From assembly GCF_009914755.1 (NCBI RefSeq), contig NC_060947.1: a stretch of DNA of 64,000 nucleotides. One strand, written 5' to 3'. The position numbers and the translations under genes are program-made. A model generated the notes under the pieces. It made no database searches. It saw only the letters and a program-made list of their open reading frames with translations, and was not told the origin of the DNA. This stretch comes from the human T2T-CHM13v2.0 reference genome, Homo sapiens. Positions 1 through 15,793 of the stretch are shown here, piece after piece; within the stretch, counting starts at the first letter, position 1; each line of letters begins with the position of its first letter.

Positions 1-145
1 TCATGAGAACTGCAGGTGGGGAAACCGCCCCCATGATTTAATTACCTCCACTTGGTCTCTCCCTTGACACGTGGGGATTATGGGGATTATAGGGATTACA
101 ATTCAAGATGAGATTTGGGTGCGGACACAAAGCCTAACCATATCA
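1..145 (-). mobile_element. MST-type MaLR LTR (partial, runs off window edge)
   Basis: Ends in ...caattcaagatgagatttgggtgcggacacaaagcctaaccatatca, the reverse complement of the MST/THE1 LTR start. Confidence 0.85.
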
Positions 146-374
146 CCCCCCTTATCAGCATGTACCTAGCAACATTCTGACAGGTTAACTAAAGAGTCAG
201 AGATTACTGGGAATCTTAATGGGTGTTTCTTCCTGCATAGGTATTTCCCCACCTCTCTGCTCATATACAGCATACAGATTTTGGATACTTTCTGGGGTAT
301 GAGATTTTCCAGACTTCCCTTTTCTCAGGGGCTCCCCTCTCCTGCTCATGTCTAGCTGTCTGCCTACTCTAACA
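146..374 (-). mobile_element. ERVL-type LTR fragment (MER54/MER73/MER74-like)
   Basis: Reverse complement starts TGTTAGAGTAGGCAGACAGCTAGACATGAGCAGG, resembling this LTR group. Confidence 0.5.
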
Positions 375-399
375 TTAATACAGCATAGGAATCTATGGG

Positions 400-978
400 G
401 ATCTTATTAAAAATATATGTTAAATCATGTCACTTCTCAAACATGCTAATGACATCCCATATTGCCAAAGGCAAAGTGCTTACCATTCTTGTAAGCCCTA
501 TGTCATCTAGCCCCCATTTACCTTACTTTCCCCATGTTCCCTTTGCTCTAGCCACAAGGCCTTCTTGCTATTCCTCAAACAGGCCACTGAAACTACCATG
601 TCACTACTTTTGCATTTGCTGGCCTTGCTGTCTAAAACAACCTTCGTCTATATATACATGTGGCTTGACCTTCTACCACTTATTCCCTTTGCTGTTTGCT
701 CTAGTACTATCTCAGTGAGGCTTTCCCAGACCACCATATCTCAAATTTAAACCCCTGTTCCCATCACATCTTATTGCTATCCCCTACTTCATTTTTACCT
801 GTAGTAATTGTAATTGTGTTATTTATTGTCTACCTTCTCTCTACAATGTAAACTTCATGAGGGAAGAATTTTTGTCTCTGCTTCATTTGTGTGTTGCCTG
901 GAAGGATGATTATAATAGAGTAGGCACTCAATTAGGCACTCAATAAATATTTATTGAATGAAATAATAAATGAATGAA
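400..978 (+). mobile_element. L2 3' end
   Basis: Ends with the L2 tail taggcactcaataaatatttattgaatgaaataataaatgaatgaa. Confidence 0.75.
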
Positions 979-1609
979 CATTTTTATGAAGAAAGTACTG
1001 CATCTTCTAACACAAGCTCAAGTCAACAATTTGCTTTTAAGTTGTTAGTGTCAATTTCTAAATCAGAGGACTTTTTTACCCTTTGTTTATTATGTAATCA
1101 CCAGCAAGATTTCAGAGCCATTAACCTGCACTTTGTGACATGCTGCAAAATCTGCTTGAGTCCAAATACAACAACCTTTTAAATCACTTTATTCCTTTTC
1201 TCCTAGCTACTGATGAACTGAACTACTTCTCAGGTAGAAAATCACAGGATTGTTTTAATTGGACTAAGAATATACTCAACGAACCAAAATTAACTCACAT
1301 AATTGGTCTCAGGGTGTTCCTAAAAGTTGTATCTATGTATATATTTGTTGCCATTCTTATTTTACCATATGGCACAAAGCACTTGTATTCAAAAGTTATT
1401 TTAGGCCAAATATTTCAATCTCAATAGATTAAATGTATTTTAAAATTGTGTCAACTCAATTAAAATTAATTAAACTCAGAATTCCTTTAAATAAATAGAC
1501 ACTGAACCCTGGGTAACACATCTCCTTTCAAGAATCATGAATAAAGGGAAACATGAGGCTAACACTGTGTCAAACAATCAGCATAAGTACCATGCCATGT
1601 TTTTTATTT

Positions 1610-1630
1610 TATTATTTTTATTTGATGTAT

Positions 1631-1661
<31 letters not shown>

Positions 1662-1951
1662 TTTTGGAGATGGAGTCTCACTCTGTCACCAGGCTGGAGT
1701 GCAGTGGCATGATCTCAGATGTCTGCAACCTCCGCCTCCTGTGTTCAAGCAATTCTCCTGACTCAGCCTTCTGAGTAGCTGGGACTACAGGCACATACTA
1801 GCATGCCCAGCTAATTTTTTTTTTTGTATTTTTGTAGAGACAGGGTTTCACCATGTTGCCCAGGCTGGTCTTGAACTCCTGAGCCTAGGCAATCTGCCCA
1901 CCTCAGCCTCCCAAAATGCTGGGATTACAGGCATGAGCCACCGCAGCCGGC
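1610..1951 (-). mobile_element. Alu (S/J) with (TTTA)n tail
   Basis: Two-arm Alu reverse complement gagatggagtctcactctgtcacc...gggattacaggcatgagccacc. Confidence 0.95.
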
Positions 1952-2096
1952 TGGTACCATTTTTAATGCCATATCCACATATGTATCACAAAGGAAGCTT
2001 CTAGCATCTGCTTCTTACTGTGCTTTCCTGAATCAATTGAAACTCACAGTTTATCTAGATTTAAAGAAAAAGTTTTAAATTAAAAACTAAATCTTC

Positions 2097-2769
2097 ATGC
2101 TTCTCTCCCTCCTCCTACCATCCATCCTCAAGTAGACCCCGGTATCTGTTGTCACCTTCTTTGCGTTCATGAGTTCTCATCATTTAGCTCCCACTTACAA
2201 GTGAGAGCATGCAGTATTTGGTTTTCTGTTCCTGCATTACTTTGCTAAGGATAATGACCACTAGCTCCGTCCATGTTCCTACAAAAGACATGATCTTGTT
2301 CTTTTTTAATGGCTAAACAGTATTACATTGTATATATGCACCGCATTTTCTTTATCCAATCTATCATTGATTGGCATTTACGTTGATTCCATGTCTTTGC
2401 TATTGTGAATACTGCTGCAGTGAACATATGCGTGCATATGTCTTTATAGTAGAATAATTTATAGTCCTCTGGGTATGTACCCAGTAATGGGATTGCTGGG
2501 TCAAATGGTAGTTCTTTTTTCATCTCTTTGAGGAATCACCACACTGCTTTCCACAATGGTTGAACTAATTTACAGTCCCACTAACAGTGTACAAGTGTCT
2601 CCTTTCCTCCACAACCTCACCAGCATCTGTTATTATTATTATTTTTTTGATATTTAGGAATAGCCTTTCTGACTGGTGTGAGATGGCATCTCTTTGTGGT
2701 TTTGATTTGCATTTCCCTAATGATTGGTGATGTTGATCTTTTTTTCATATGACTGTTGGCTGCATGTAT
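2097..2769 (-). mobile_element. L1PA (approx. L1PA13-14) 3' part: ORF2 C-terminus and 3'UTR, terminal tail missing
   Basis: ORF 2323-2523 gives [21 protein letters not shown] (L1 ORF2 C-terminus). Confidence 0.9.
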
Positions 2770-3683
2770 TTTGAAAACAATAGTAAGATAGGTTGCTAGC
2801 TAAACTAATAAAGAAGAAAAGAGAGAAGATCCAAATAAACACAATCAGAAATGTGAAGGGGATGCTACCAGTGATGCCACAGAAGTAAAAATAGCCATCA
2901 GAAACTACTATGAACACCTCTATGCACGCACACTAAAAAATCTACAAGACATGTATAAATTCGTGGACATATACACCTTCCCATGACTGAACAAGAAAGA
3001 AATTGATTCCCTGAACAGACCAATAATGAACTTCGAAAGTGAATCAGTAACAAATAGCCTACCAACCAAAAAAAAAAAAAAAAAAAAAAAAGCCCAGGAT
3101 GAGATGTATTCATAGCCAAATCCTACTAGTGATACAAAGAAGAGCTGGTACCATTCCTACTGAAACTATTCCAAAAATATTGAGAAGGAGAGACTCCTCC
3201 CCAACTTATTATATGAAGCCAGCATCATCCTGATGCCAAAACCTGGCAGAGACACAACAAAAAGAAAACCTCAGGCCAATATCCTTGATGAACATTGATG
3301 CAAAATCCTCAACAAAATACTTGCAAACCAAATCCAGCAGCACACCACAAGCTAATCCACCACAATCAAGTAGGCTTCATCCCTGAGATCCAAGGTTGGT
3401 TCAACATACACAAATCAATAAATGTGATTCATCACATAAATAGAACTAAAGACAAAAACCACATAATTATCTCAATAGATAAAATTCTGATAAAATTAAG
3501 CATCACTTCGTGTTAAAAACTCTCAATAAACTAGGTATTGAAGGAACATACCTCAAAATAATAAGAGCCATCTGTGACAAACCAACAGCCAACATCATGC
3601 TAAATAGGCAAAAGCTGAAAGCATTCCCCTTGAAAACCAGCACAAGACAAGGATGCCCTCTCTCACCACTTCTGTTCAACATA
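2770..3683 (+). mobile_element. L1PA ORF2 RT segment, inverted relative to 2097-2769
   Basis: [31 protein letters not shown] and [14 protein letters not shown] (L1 RT motifs). Confidence 0.9.
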
Positions 3684-4479
3684 ATTTTTAGTGTCTACTA
3701 AAAGACAGTAAAGAAATATCCGATGTGTTTCATAAAAAGGGCACAGACCCATACTTACCTTATATGGTGTTAATATAAAATACATTTTATTGGGAAAACT
3801 TACAGACAGAAAAGCTACAGTTAATACGATTTCATGTCCTCTTATCATTCTGTGTGTGGCTTAACTGGATGTACCATGAAAAAATGCTCAAATGGGAAGA
3901 CTCCCACCTACCTCACTGCTTGATACATTTATAGAAAAAGTACATGATGGAGAGATTAGCTAGTAAGTTATTCAATAATGACACATTTTAATTCAAAGAA
4001 ACTTGTCATATACCAAATCTAGGAAGAGACCTGTCCTCCCCTGAGCCAGATATTGGGGTAAAGTGGAAGATAAAGCCATATATACATATTTAAAGTGGGA
4101 ACCAGTTTTGGAAGTTAAATAAATGTGAGCTTTGATTAAAGTTATATTTCCATTTGATAACGCAACTTACTTGGAGTTATCTCAACTCATGGGATTTTGA
4201 TGGACAATGAACCTATGGCCAGCTAAAAATATTGGGTTGGTTAGTCACATTTTTTCTTTTAATGAAAATAATACTTCCACTGGGCCCATTCAGAAGCAAG
4301 TCATTATAGCTCAGAGATAACATATCAAGGCAGTTTATTAAAGATGCATATGAAAGTGCATATTAAAATGACTGATTTATTGTGTACATTCAGAAATAAT
4401 TAATTGTTCTGAATTTGAAATACAAGAAATAGGGTTATCGATGAGAATATACCAAGGAGTATTCTACTTGCTGAGTATA

Positions 4480-4670
4480 CCTCATTTTATTTCTTTCTCA
4501 CCAACTCTGTGATGTATCTGCTGTTATTCTCATCCCCACTCCACATATTTTGAATCCAAGGCTCATAAAATTGTTCCAAATAATCACACTATTATTAAGT
4601 GAAAGAATCATAAACCAAATCCTAGTGTGTATCCTCCAGAGTCTACACTCTTAACTACTGGTCATGTTGC
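4480..4670 (-). mobile_element. MIR (degenerate)
   Basis: MIR-like ...ctccagagtctacactcttaactactg. Confidence 0.5.
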
Positions 4671-5759
4671 CTCCCAATTTCCTTCCATAAATTTTGCCCT
4701 AAAATAACATTACAGAGGATAAATGGCATCATTTTTTTTCTTTCTATGGAAAAGAATCTATATCAATATTAGTTGTATACGCAAAAAGGGAAGTAGTTTC
4801 CTGTGAGTTTCATATTTGTTTATCTTATGCTGTTGGTGTGATAGAAATGGCAAGGAAATAAGGATCTGCTTGTGTGACTGTAGTAACTTAATTAAAGGCA
4901 AAGTCATTTAAATTCTTTTTCCCTTTCTATAAAGTTGGGGTAAATTGGCCACTTAATTTGTCAAGTGTATTGATATTAACGAGTGACTGGCTGTAATAGC
5001 ATTTTAAATTTAGAGGAAAGGCAATATGCAAGAATGAATCATTAATTCTATGATTAGGAATTTCCATTCTCAGGCAGATTTAAAACTCTTTAACAAGGTG
5101 AACAAGCACTGATAAAAAGAACATAGAGCAGGAAAATGTTATGTCTGGACACAGGCAGGAAAGTGTAGGCTTAGAAATGAAAGTTGTCACTGTCTTGGGA
5201 GACACATAATTGCATTTGGGAAGATTCTAAAGGTTAAGAAAAAGTTTATTTCTCTACTACTTTTGCCTTTTGGGGAACAAAGTTAGATTACTGATGTAGC
5301 TTACAGAGCATATCCTGGTGTTTGGTGGGATTACAATTTCAATAGTGTCCATATCTATTTTAATAGAGAGAATTATTGTATTTCCCCTTGGCATTATAGA
5401 TTTGCTACTGATACAAATTGATTTGGATAGGAGTTATTGTATTATTTGTTTCTCTCCAATTATATGTTTAATCTTTCTAGACCTCACTAGTTACTTGAAT
5501 AACTTGTTCATATATCAGGTATCTAAATATATCTTATTATTGTTTAGCAGTGGTTATAAAATACCCATGAGTCCCTATCAAGAATCCTTTGGACTTTTTT
5601 TAGACCGTCTTTTTAATTAAATTTGGCCTCTGTGTCTCCCTACACTCCTTGGAATTCAAGTATAAAATTAGTTGGCAGCTCAAGTGCATTTTAGAAAAAA
5701 AAAAAAAAAAAAAAACAGAAAGTATAGCATTCTAGAGTTTCCAGTTCACCAATATATTT

Positions 5760-7026
5760 TTGGTAGGCAGGATAATGCCTCTGCCCCCAATAGATGTCCA
5801 TATCCTTATCCCCTGAACCTGTAAGTATTTAAGATTACAGAATAAAGAAGAATTAAGGCTTCCGATTGAATTAAGATCAACAATTAGTTTACCTTAACAT
5901 GGGAAGAACAACTCACATCATCCAGGTGGGTTTAATGTAATCACAATGGTCCTTATAAGTATAAAGGGAGGCGGAAAAGAAAGCGAGTAAGAAGAGATGT
6001 GATGTTGGAATTAGAAGGTAGAGTGATGCTGTAACCACCCAACAGATTCACCTTCCCGGCTGCCTAGACAGAGCCGATTTATCAAGACAGGGGAATTGCA
6101 ATGGAGAAAGAGTAATTCATGTAAAGCCGGCTCTGCGGAAGACCAGAGTTTTATTATTACTCAAATCAGTCTCCCTGAGCATTCGGGGATCAGAGTTTTT
6201 AAAGATAATTTGGCAGGTAGGGGCTCAGGAAGTGGGGAGTGCTGATTGGTCAGGTTGGAGATGGAATCATGGGAGCAGGGGGTCAAAGTAAGGTTGTCTT
6301 GCTGTCTTCTGTTCCTGGGTGGGATGCAGAACTGGTTGAGCCAGATTAACAACCTGGGTGGTGTCAGCTGATCCATCCAGTGCAGGATCTGCAAAATATC
6401 TCAAGCACTGATCTTAGGTTTTAAAATTGTGATTTTATCCCCAAGAGCAATTTGAAGTGGTTCAGACTCTTGCAGCCAGAGGCTGCAAGACCCCTAAAGC
6501 GTAATTTCTAATCTTGTAGCTAATTTGTTAGTCCTGCAAAGGCAGACTGGTTCCCAGGCAAGAATAGGGTCTTTTCCACAAAGGGCTATTACCAATTTGG
6601 TTTCAGAATCAAACAATAAACTAAATTCCTTCCCAAGGTTAGTTTGGCCTATGCCCAGGAATGAACAAGGATGGCTTAGAGGTTAGAAGCAATATGCAAT
6701 TGGTTAGGTCTGATCTCTTCCACTGTCATAATTTCCTCAGTTATAATTTTTGCAAAGGTGGTTTCAATCCCATTGCTAATTTTAAAGATAGAAGAGGTCT
6801 ATAAGTCAAAAAATGCAAGCAGCCTCAAGAAGCTGGAAAAAGCAAGCCTACAGCTTAGAGCCTAGAGCCTCCAGAAAACAACTCAGTTTTGCCAACTGCA
6901 TGATTTTGGTCCAGGAAGACCCATTTTGGACTTTTGATCTTTTGAACTGTAAGCTAATAAATTTGTGTGGTTTCTAGTCACTAAGTTTGTGATAATTTGT
7001 TACAGCAGTGATAGTAAACATATACA
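5760..7026 (+). mobile_element. MLT1 (MLT1D-like) MaLR LTR, split by LTR8
   Basis: Start tggtaggcaggataatg..agatgtccatatccttatcccctgaacctgt; end ctaagtttgtgataatttgttacagcagtgatagtaaacatataca. Confidence 0.8.
6030..6766 (-). mobile_element. LTR8-family solo LTR (ERV1)
   Basis: TG...CA termini; minus strand begins TGAAACCACCTTTGCAAAAATTATAACTGAG; imperfect 4-bp TSD atgc/atcc. Confidence 0.85.
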
Positions 7027-7279
7027 GTAGTTTACTTTTTTCTGTGCTAAAAACAAAAATAAAATGTTTTGATTGACTTTACTGGCATTGCAAAATATAG
7101 TACTTTTTAATTTTAGTTTTTATCACTGATTAATAATTAGTTATTTTAATTACACTGGTAATTAAAGGACATTTTATTCTTTTAGTATTCTTAAATCCCA
7201 TTTCTGTTCCTATTCATGAAGTGAAGGGGCAGCCTGCCATTGTCTAAAGGTATTAGCCTTGAAATGGATATAAAGAATA

Positions 7280-10145
<2,866 letters not shown>

Positions 10146-10771
10146 TGATACAGCTTTGATGACTGGAAGAACACCAGGGTTTTTGGTTTCACGCCAATAG
10201 GATTAACAACATGAACACATGTGGAATGGTTTTCAGGAATGAAAAGTTTAATAGGCAAGAAAGAAGGAAAAAAGAAGAGAACAGCTCCCCTGTACAGAGA
10301 CAAGGTGGGGGAGTTTGGAACAAAGAGAAAACACCCTGTGTGGCAGAAAAGTGGTTGGTTATATGCAAGGCTAGAGGAGGTGGTGTGTGATTTGCATAGG
10401 GCCCAGGGGATTGGTTTGACCAGGTGTGGCACTTACGTAGCCCATGAAAAACCTGGCCCTCCCACCTTAGCCCTTTAATATGCAAATGCGTGTCGCTATG
10501 ATGTTTTGAACACATGGTGTTATCTGGAGGTGGCCATCACACTTGGCACAGGTGGTGACAAGGAGAAGATGGCAGGAATCACCATATTGAGTGAACCCAG
10601 TTTCTAATGGCCGGCATTTGCATATCAAAGCTGGCCAGTTGGCCCTTTAAGCTATCTTTTCTGTTAGAGAAGAGATGGTTTGGGGGTTGTTTCTTATTAC
10701 AGGAAAATTTCCACCAAGAACCTTTACCTTTACTATCTGCTTAAAATAACTTCTTAATAACTCCTGTATTA
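10146..10771 (-). repeat. 3' LTR of provirus
   Basis: Direct repeat of 15794-16216; preceded on minus by polypurine tract GAGGGGGAA (10772-10780). Confidence 0.9.
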
Positions 10772-11196
10772 TTCCCCCTCAAAGAGAAGTAAACCTAACT
10801 GCTGCTAGGGGTGTTGGACGATGATTTTTTTTGCTACTACCTGCTGAAAAGGGTCATTGTGTGGGGGAAAAGCAGCTGGTCCTTCCTTTGAGGTTGATCT
10901 AAGGGTTTTTGGAAGAATGGCATGTTTATGTGTGGTTTTGCTCGCAGCACCATTTGGAGTTTAATTTTTTTTAAGCAAAAAGAGATAAATTTTATAAGGT
11001 TTACAATATAGGGTTAGAATATGAGTATTAAGATTACCACAGCTAGTGGGGGTTCTATAGACCATGACTGACAGTAGAGTTTGACACGTTAGTTACACCA
11101 ATAGATTGCAATACCGGTTTCTTCCCACTAGATGTCGCTGTACATTACAAGAAACGTTAATATAAATAACTTTTTCTAGTGAAAAGCATACATTTG

Positions 11197-11514
11197 GGCC
11201 AGGTGCCATGGCTCATGCCTGTAATCCCAGCACTTTGGGAGGCTGGGGGAGGGGGGGGGGGGCAGATCACGAGGTCAGGAGTTCGAGACCAGCCTGGCCA
11301 CTATGGTGGAACCCCATCTCTACTAAAAAATACAAAAATTAGCCGGGTGTGGTGGTGCGCCTGTAGTTCCAGTTACTCAGGAGGCTGAAGCAGGACAATC
11401 ACTTGAACCCAGGAGGCGGAGGCTGCAGCGAGCCGAGATTGCACCACTGCACTCCAGCCTGGGTGACAAAGTGAGACTCCGTCTCAAAAGGAAAAAAAAA
11501 AAAAGAAAAGAAAA
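11197..11514 (+). mobile_element. AluS (Sg-like) inside provirus
   Basis: TSD gaaaagcatacattt at 11181-11195 and 11515-11529. Confidence 0.95.
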
Positions 11515-12451
11515 GAAAAGCATACATTTCCCCCTTGTCTTGCCATTAGAGAATAACCTTAGGCTTTAGGCCATTTTTATAACTTGGATTATGATTGGGA
11601 GAAATACATCATTGGGTGGCTAAAATAACTTCAGTGTTAATTATGACAATTCCTTTTCTTTAATTATTATTTTTTAATGACTTTCACAGACTCTCTTAGA
11701 GCATACTTAAACTTTTTTACTTGTCCTAAACATTCTTCCTTTAAACAACCAGTCATTTCCTTTTAGGGCAAGTATTTACCATACAAAATTCTTTCTCATA
11801 TAAAATGTCTTTCTTTATAACTTTCTTTTCATAGCTTAGAGTGCATTATATTACCAATCTTTAGTAAAAAGTCCTATTAAACTTAATGATGGTAAAACTT
11901 CAATGCTTACTTCTTATTTGTAACTATTACTCCTGCTATAAGCAAAACAACCTTGACTAAATTTTTCCTGCAATTATTAATCCTGTTATAAGGATGACAA
12001 TCAGGCAAAATATTATAGCAATTAGAATTTTATAACCAGAATTCCACACTGTGGGTGCCACAGTGTATAGTTCTATTGCAAATAGTAGTGTGACTATAAC
12101 AATTTTCACAATAGTGGCATAGTAAATAATTTTTGTTTAAAATTTTATTTGGCAAGATATAACATTTCTCTTTGGGGATTTACAGAGTTACAAATGCAAT
12201 CCCATGTATAATTAAAATTTCCCTGCAAATATGCATTAAAAAGAAGTTTTAATATTTGATGGCAAATTTTGAGAGGAAAGGGCAGAAATGACAAAAAGTA
12301 TTTGTTGAGGTAAAGGTGGGACTGAGTAAGATGAGTAGCCCTTACTCGGTTACTTATTTTTTTTTATGATTTTTAGCTTAAGATTTTCTATTTCTTTACA
12401 TTAATATTCAGGACATTCCTCTGGGCTGTCAGGGGTTCCTCCCTCAGCTCT

Positions 12452-12550
12452 TCAGGCTTTGATTTGAGTGTGATGTATTCAGGAGTTGATTCCTGTAACT
12501 TTTACTGCTGAGAAGGTTGAAAGAAGAACAGTGTAGGGCCCTTCCCAGCT
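12452..12550 (-). pseudogene. ERV integrase C-terminal (GPY/F) remnant
   Basis: Manual translation SWEGPYTVLLSTFSAVKVTGINS*IHHTQIKA*. Confidence 0.8.
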
Positions 12551-12980
12551 TGGCTTAGGGAAGGAGAGACATGAGAGTTTTTACTAATACTAAATTTTCT
12601 GGGTTAAACAAAGGTGGTTTTCTTTTGGGGGGTGGGGCTTCTGCTAATTGTGTTCATTCTTGTTGGAAGTGAGCTAGAGAGGTTACATGCTTAACCAATT
12701 TACAGGTTTCCTGCCTGAAAACAACTTTTGAGCACATTGATAAGTTTTATCCTTTCCCAAGTGAAAAGGTTGGTGAAGGATTTTAAGGACTTTTTATTGG
12801 CTGGAGGCTGGCAAATAGAGTTTGCCATCCTGACTGTAGCTATTCTGAGGCTGAAAAGTATGCCCTTGAGAAGTGGCCTATTTTATTTTTGCAGGGAAAT
12901 ACCAAGGCTTATTTTTTTTTTTTTTTATGGAGCCTTTTTAGATTAGAAGAGGCTTGAAGTGCATTAATGCCTTGAAGCTT

Positions 12981-13310
12981 TCATGCCTTTGACTTAGCTG
13001 CCTGATCAGCTAACTTATTTTCTTTGGCTACCTTATTTATTTCTTTTTGATGTTCCTTACAATGTATCCTTGCTACTTTTTGTGGATGAAAAACTGAGTA
13101 TAATAACCTGCTAATTTTCTGGTGATATTTTACAGGAGATCCATTAGTGGTAAGAAAATGTTTTTCCTTTAAAATGGCAGCATGAGCATGGAGAACTAAG
13201 AAAGCATATTTGGAGTTAGTGTAAATGTTAGTTATCTTTCCCTTGCTTAATTTAAGTGCTTTTGTAAGAGTTATTAGCTTAGCTAATTGATCACTTGTGT
13301 TTGGGGAGAG
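12981..13310 (-). pseudogene. ERV RNase H remnant
   Basis: Manual translation LSPNTSDQLAKLITLTKALKLSKGKITNIYTNSKYAFLVLHAHAAI...IHCKEHQKEINKVAKENKLADQAAK. Confidence 0.88.
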
Positions 13311-13507
13311 TGACTACTGCTTATCCTGCCTTATGTACTTCTTGCTTTACCAGCTGTTTGCTAGCTAAGAGCTCCCCCTAGAGGACAGTGATCCTGCCAC
13401 ATTATGTGGGCTGTAAACAGTTAATTTATTAATTTATTTCCTAGGGTTAACTTGCAGGCCTTTTTTTTTTTTAGAGCTATTATGACAATTTCTGGGCATT
13501 CTTTCTT

Positions 13508-14461
13508 TTAGGCTTTCTTCTGGTCCCTATTATAAAAGACCAAAGTGGCCACCTTCAGGAGGTTCTTTAAGGTGCTATCTGGTTTTATAGTTTGCTTTTG
13601 TAGTTTCTTTTTAACATCAAGAGCTGCCTGTGTAATAAACTTGTCCTTCAGGATGAGTTGTCTTTTAACTGAATAAAGGGATAAGGAGGTGTACGCTATT
13701 AGTGCCTGTCTTAGCCTTTCCATAAAGGCTACAGGATTCTTATTTGGCTTTTGGTCCATTATAGAGAGTTTAGAGTAATTGAGAGATTTGGCCCTGGTTT
13801 TCCATAGGCCTTGTAAAATCCATATGAAAAAGTGCTTTCTTTTCCATTCATCTCCTGAGTCATTGGGTTTCAATTGGATATTTTACCAGAATTGCTTCTC
13901 TCCCTATTGTGAATGATGTTTCTGCTATTTCTTCACTTTCTCTATCTGCTTTCTTCCCTTTGGTGTATTATAGGAGATATATTGCTTATCTCCGAAATTA
14001 TTTGTGGCTTGCAGAACTATCTGCTTTTTGCTGCAGTGAGGGTCTGGTTTAGGAGCAGCATAACATTCCTCCATATGAGGTTAAACACCTGAGTTAAATT
14101 TTGGAAAGCTTTCATATACCTGTCAGGGTATTTAGAAAATCAGCTTAAGTTTCCCTTTATTTACCTCAGGTCTTGTAATGAGAAGAGAACTTGAGGGGTC
14201 CCCAAATAAGGGGGATCCTCAGATGGTTCCACTGAAAGTTGGTTTTTTAATTTTGGGAAACTATTCTTCCAGGGCTTGCCCAATATGATTGCCAAAAGAG
14301 TTGGGTTGATCTTACAACGCTTGCAAAGATTTAGTAAAAATGCCATGCCCTTGTGCAAAAGAAAATGAGTTGCTTTTCTCTATAGTTTTGAGGTTAAGGA
14401 AGTTCCAGTGTTTCAGAGTGCACCCCAGAGGGGTGCAAGCTGAGGATAATTTATTACCCAT
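13508..14461 (-). pseudogene. ERV gag remnant (MA-CA)
   Basis: ATG GGT AAT (MGN) at 14461; MHR-like IMDQKPNKNPVAFMERLRQAL and ILKDKFITQAALDVKKKLQK in ORF 13508-13873. Confidence 0.85.
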
Positions 14462-15206
14462 CTAGAAAAAGAAGTGAGAATGAAAATGTTCTCTTAGTCT
14501 CCTTCTTTTTCAAATGACCCAGAGTGGAGGAGAAGACAGGGAGCATCCTCTGACTGTTTCCCCTCCCTGGTTTCTGGATCCCAGCACCGTGTTAAATGTG
14601 CCACCCATGGTTGTGGGTGTGGTCCTTCAAGCCATGGAACCGGATGAACTAAGTGATGGGACTAACCATGCTTACCCATGCAATCTTAGCTTATCTGCCT
14701 CTGTGATTTCCCTTTGACTTCCTAAACCTGTGTGATTTGCCTGGCTCCCTGAAAAATGGATTTCCAGAGAGACTGTGTTGTTTTTGGGCAAGGAGGCAAC
14801 CTGTTAGATTGCCTGATATTATGACCCATGCTAAAGCACTTACCCCTAAAAAATAATGGTTCCAGTTAACTTACAAACTTAAAATCCCCTTACTAATTAA
14901 GTACTGTCTTAATCGGAGACAGAATAGGTGCCTTAAAAGAACGTAGGGACTGAATGGCCGTTTTCCTACCAATGGGACAATATCGGGACTAAAATCTGGC
15001 TGCAGAAGATATCTTATTCTTAGCTGTTGAAAGCAGAGCTCTCCTGTCCACAGAAGTAGCAGTAGAAAAGTACAAAATGGAAAAGTTGTGAAGCTGCAAT
15101 GTGCCGCAGAGAACCAGCACTGTGTCGCAGACAACCAGCAGTGTCTAATGAAGAGGATTTCTATTTCCACTAGGTGGCGATGTTGGCTTAGAAATACCAT
15201 GTACTT

Positions 15207-15745
<539 letters not shown>

Positions 15746-15773
15746 TCATTCCATACTCGCCACTGTGATGAAT

Positions 15774-15793
15774 GAATTCCTGGCAATGCACCA
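15774..15793 (-). promoter_or_regulatory. Retroviral primer binding site, tRNA-Gly type
   Basis: Plus strand gaattcctggcaatgcacca resembles the tRNA-Gly 3' end GATTCCCGGCCAATGCACCA and abuts the 5' LTR. Confidence 0.75.

Noticed and set aside
3750-3915. Three minus-strand GT donor-like sites
   Set aside because: No matching strong acceptors or consistent frame.
5318-5620. Hydrophobic 100-aa ORF resembling a membrane protein
   Set aside because: GTG start; hydrophobicity explained by T-rich composition; no splice or homology support.
5694-5715. Orphan poly(A) as a retrocopy tail
   Set aside because: No convincing TSD or recognisable upstream transcript.
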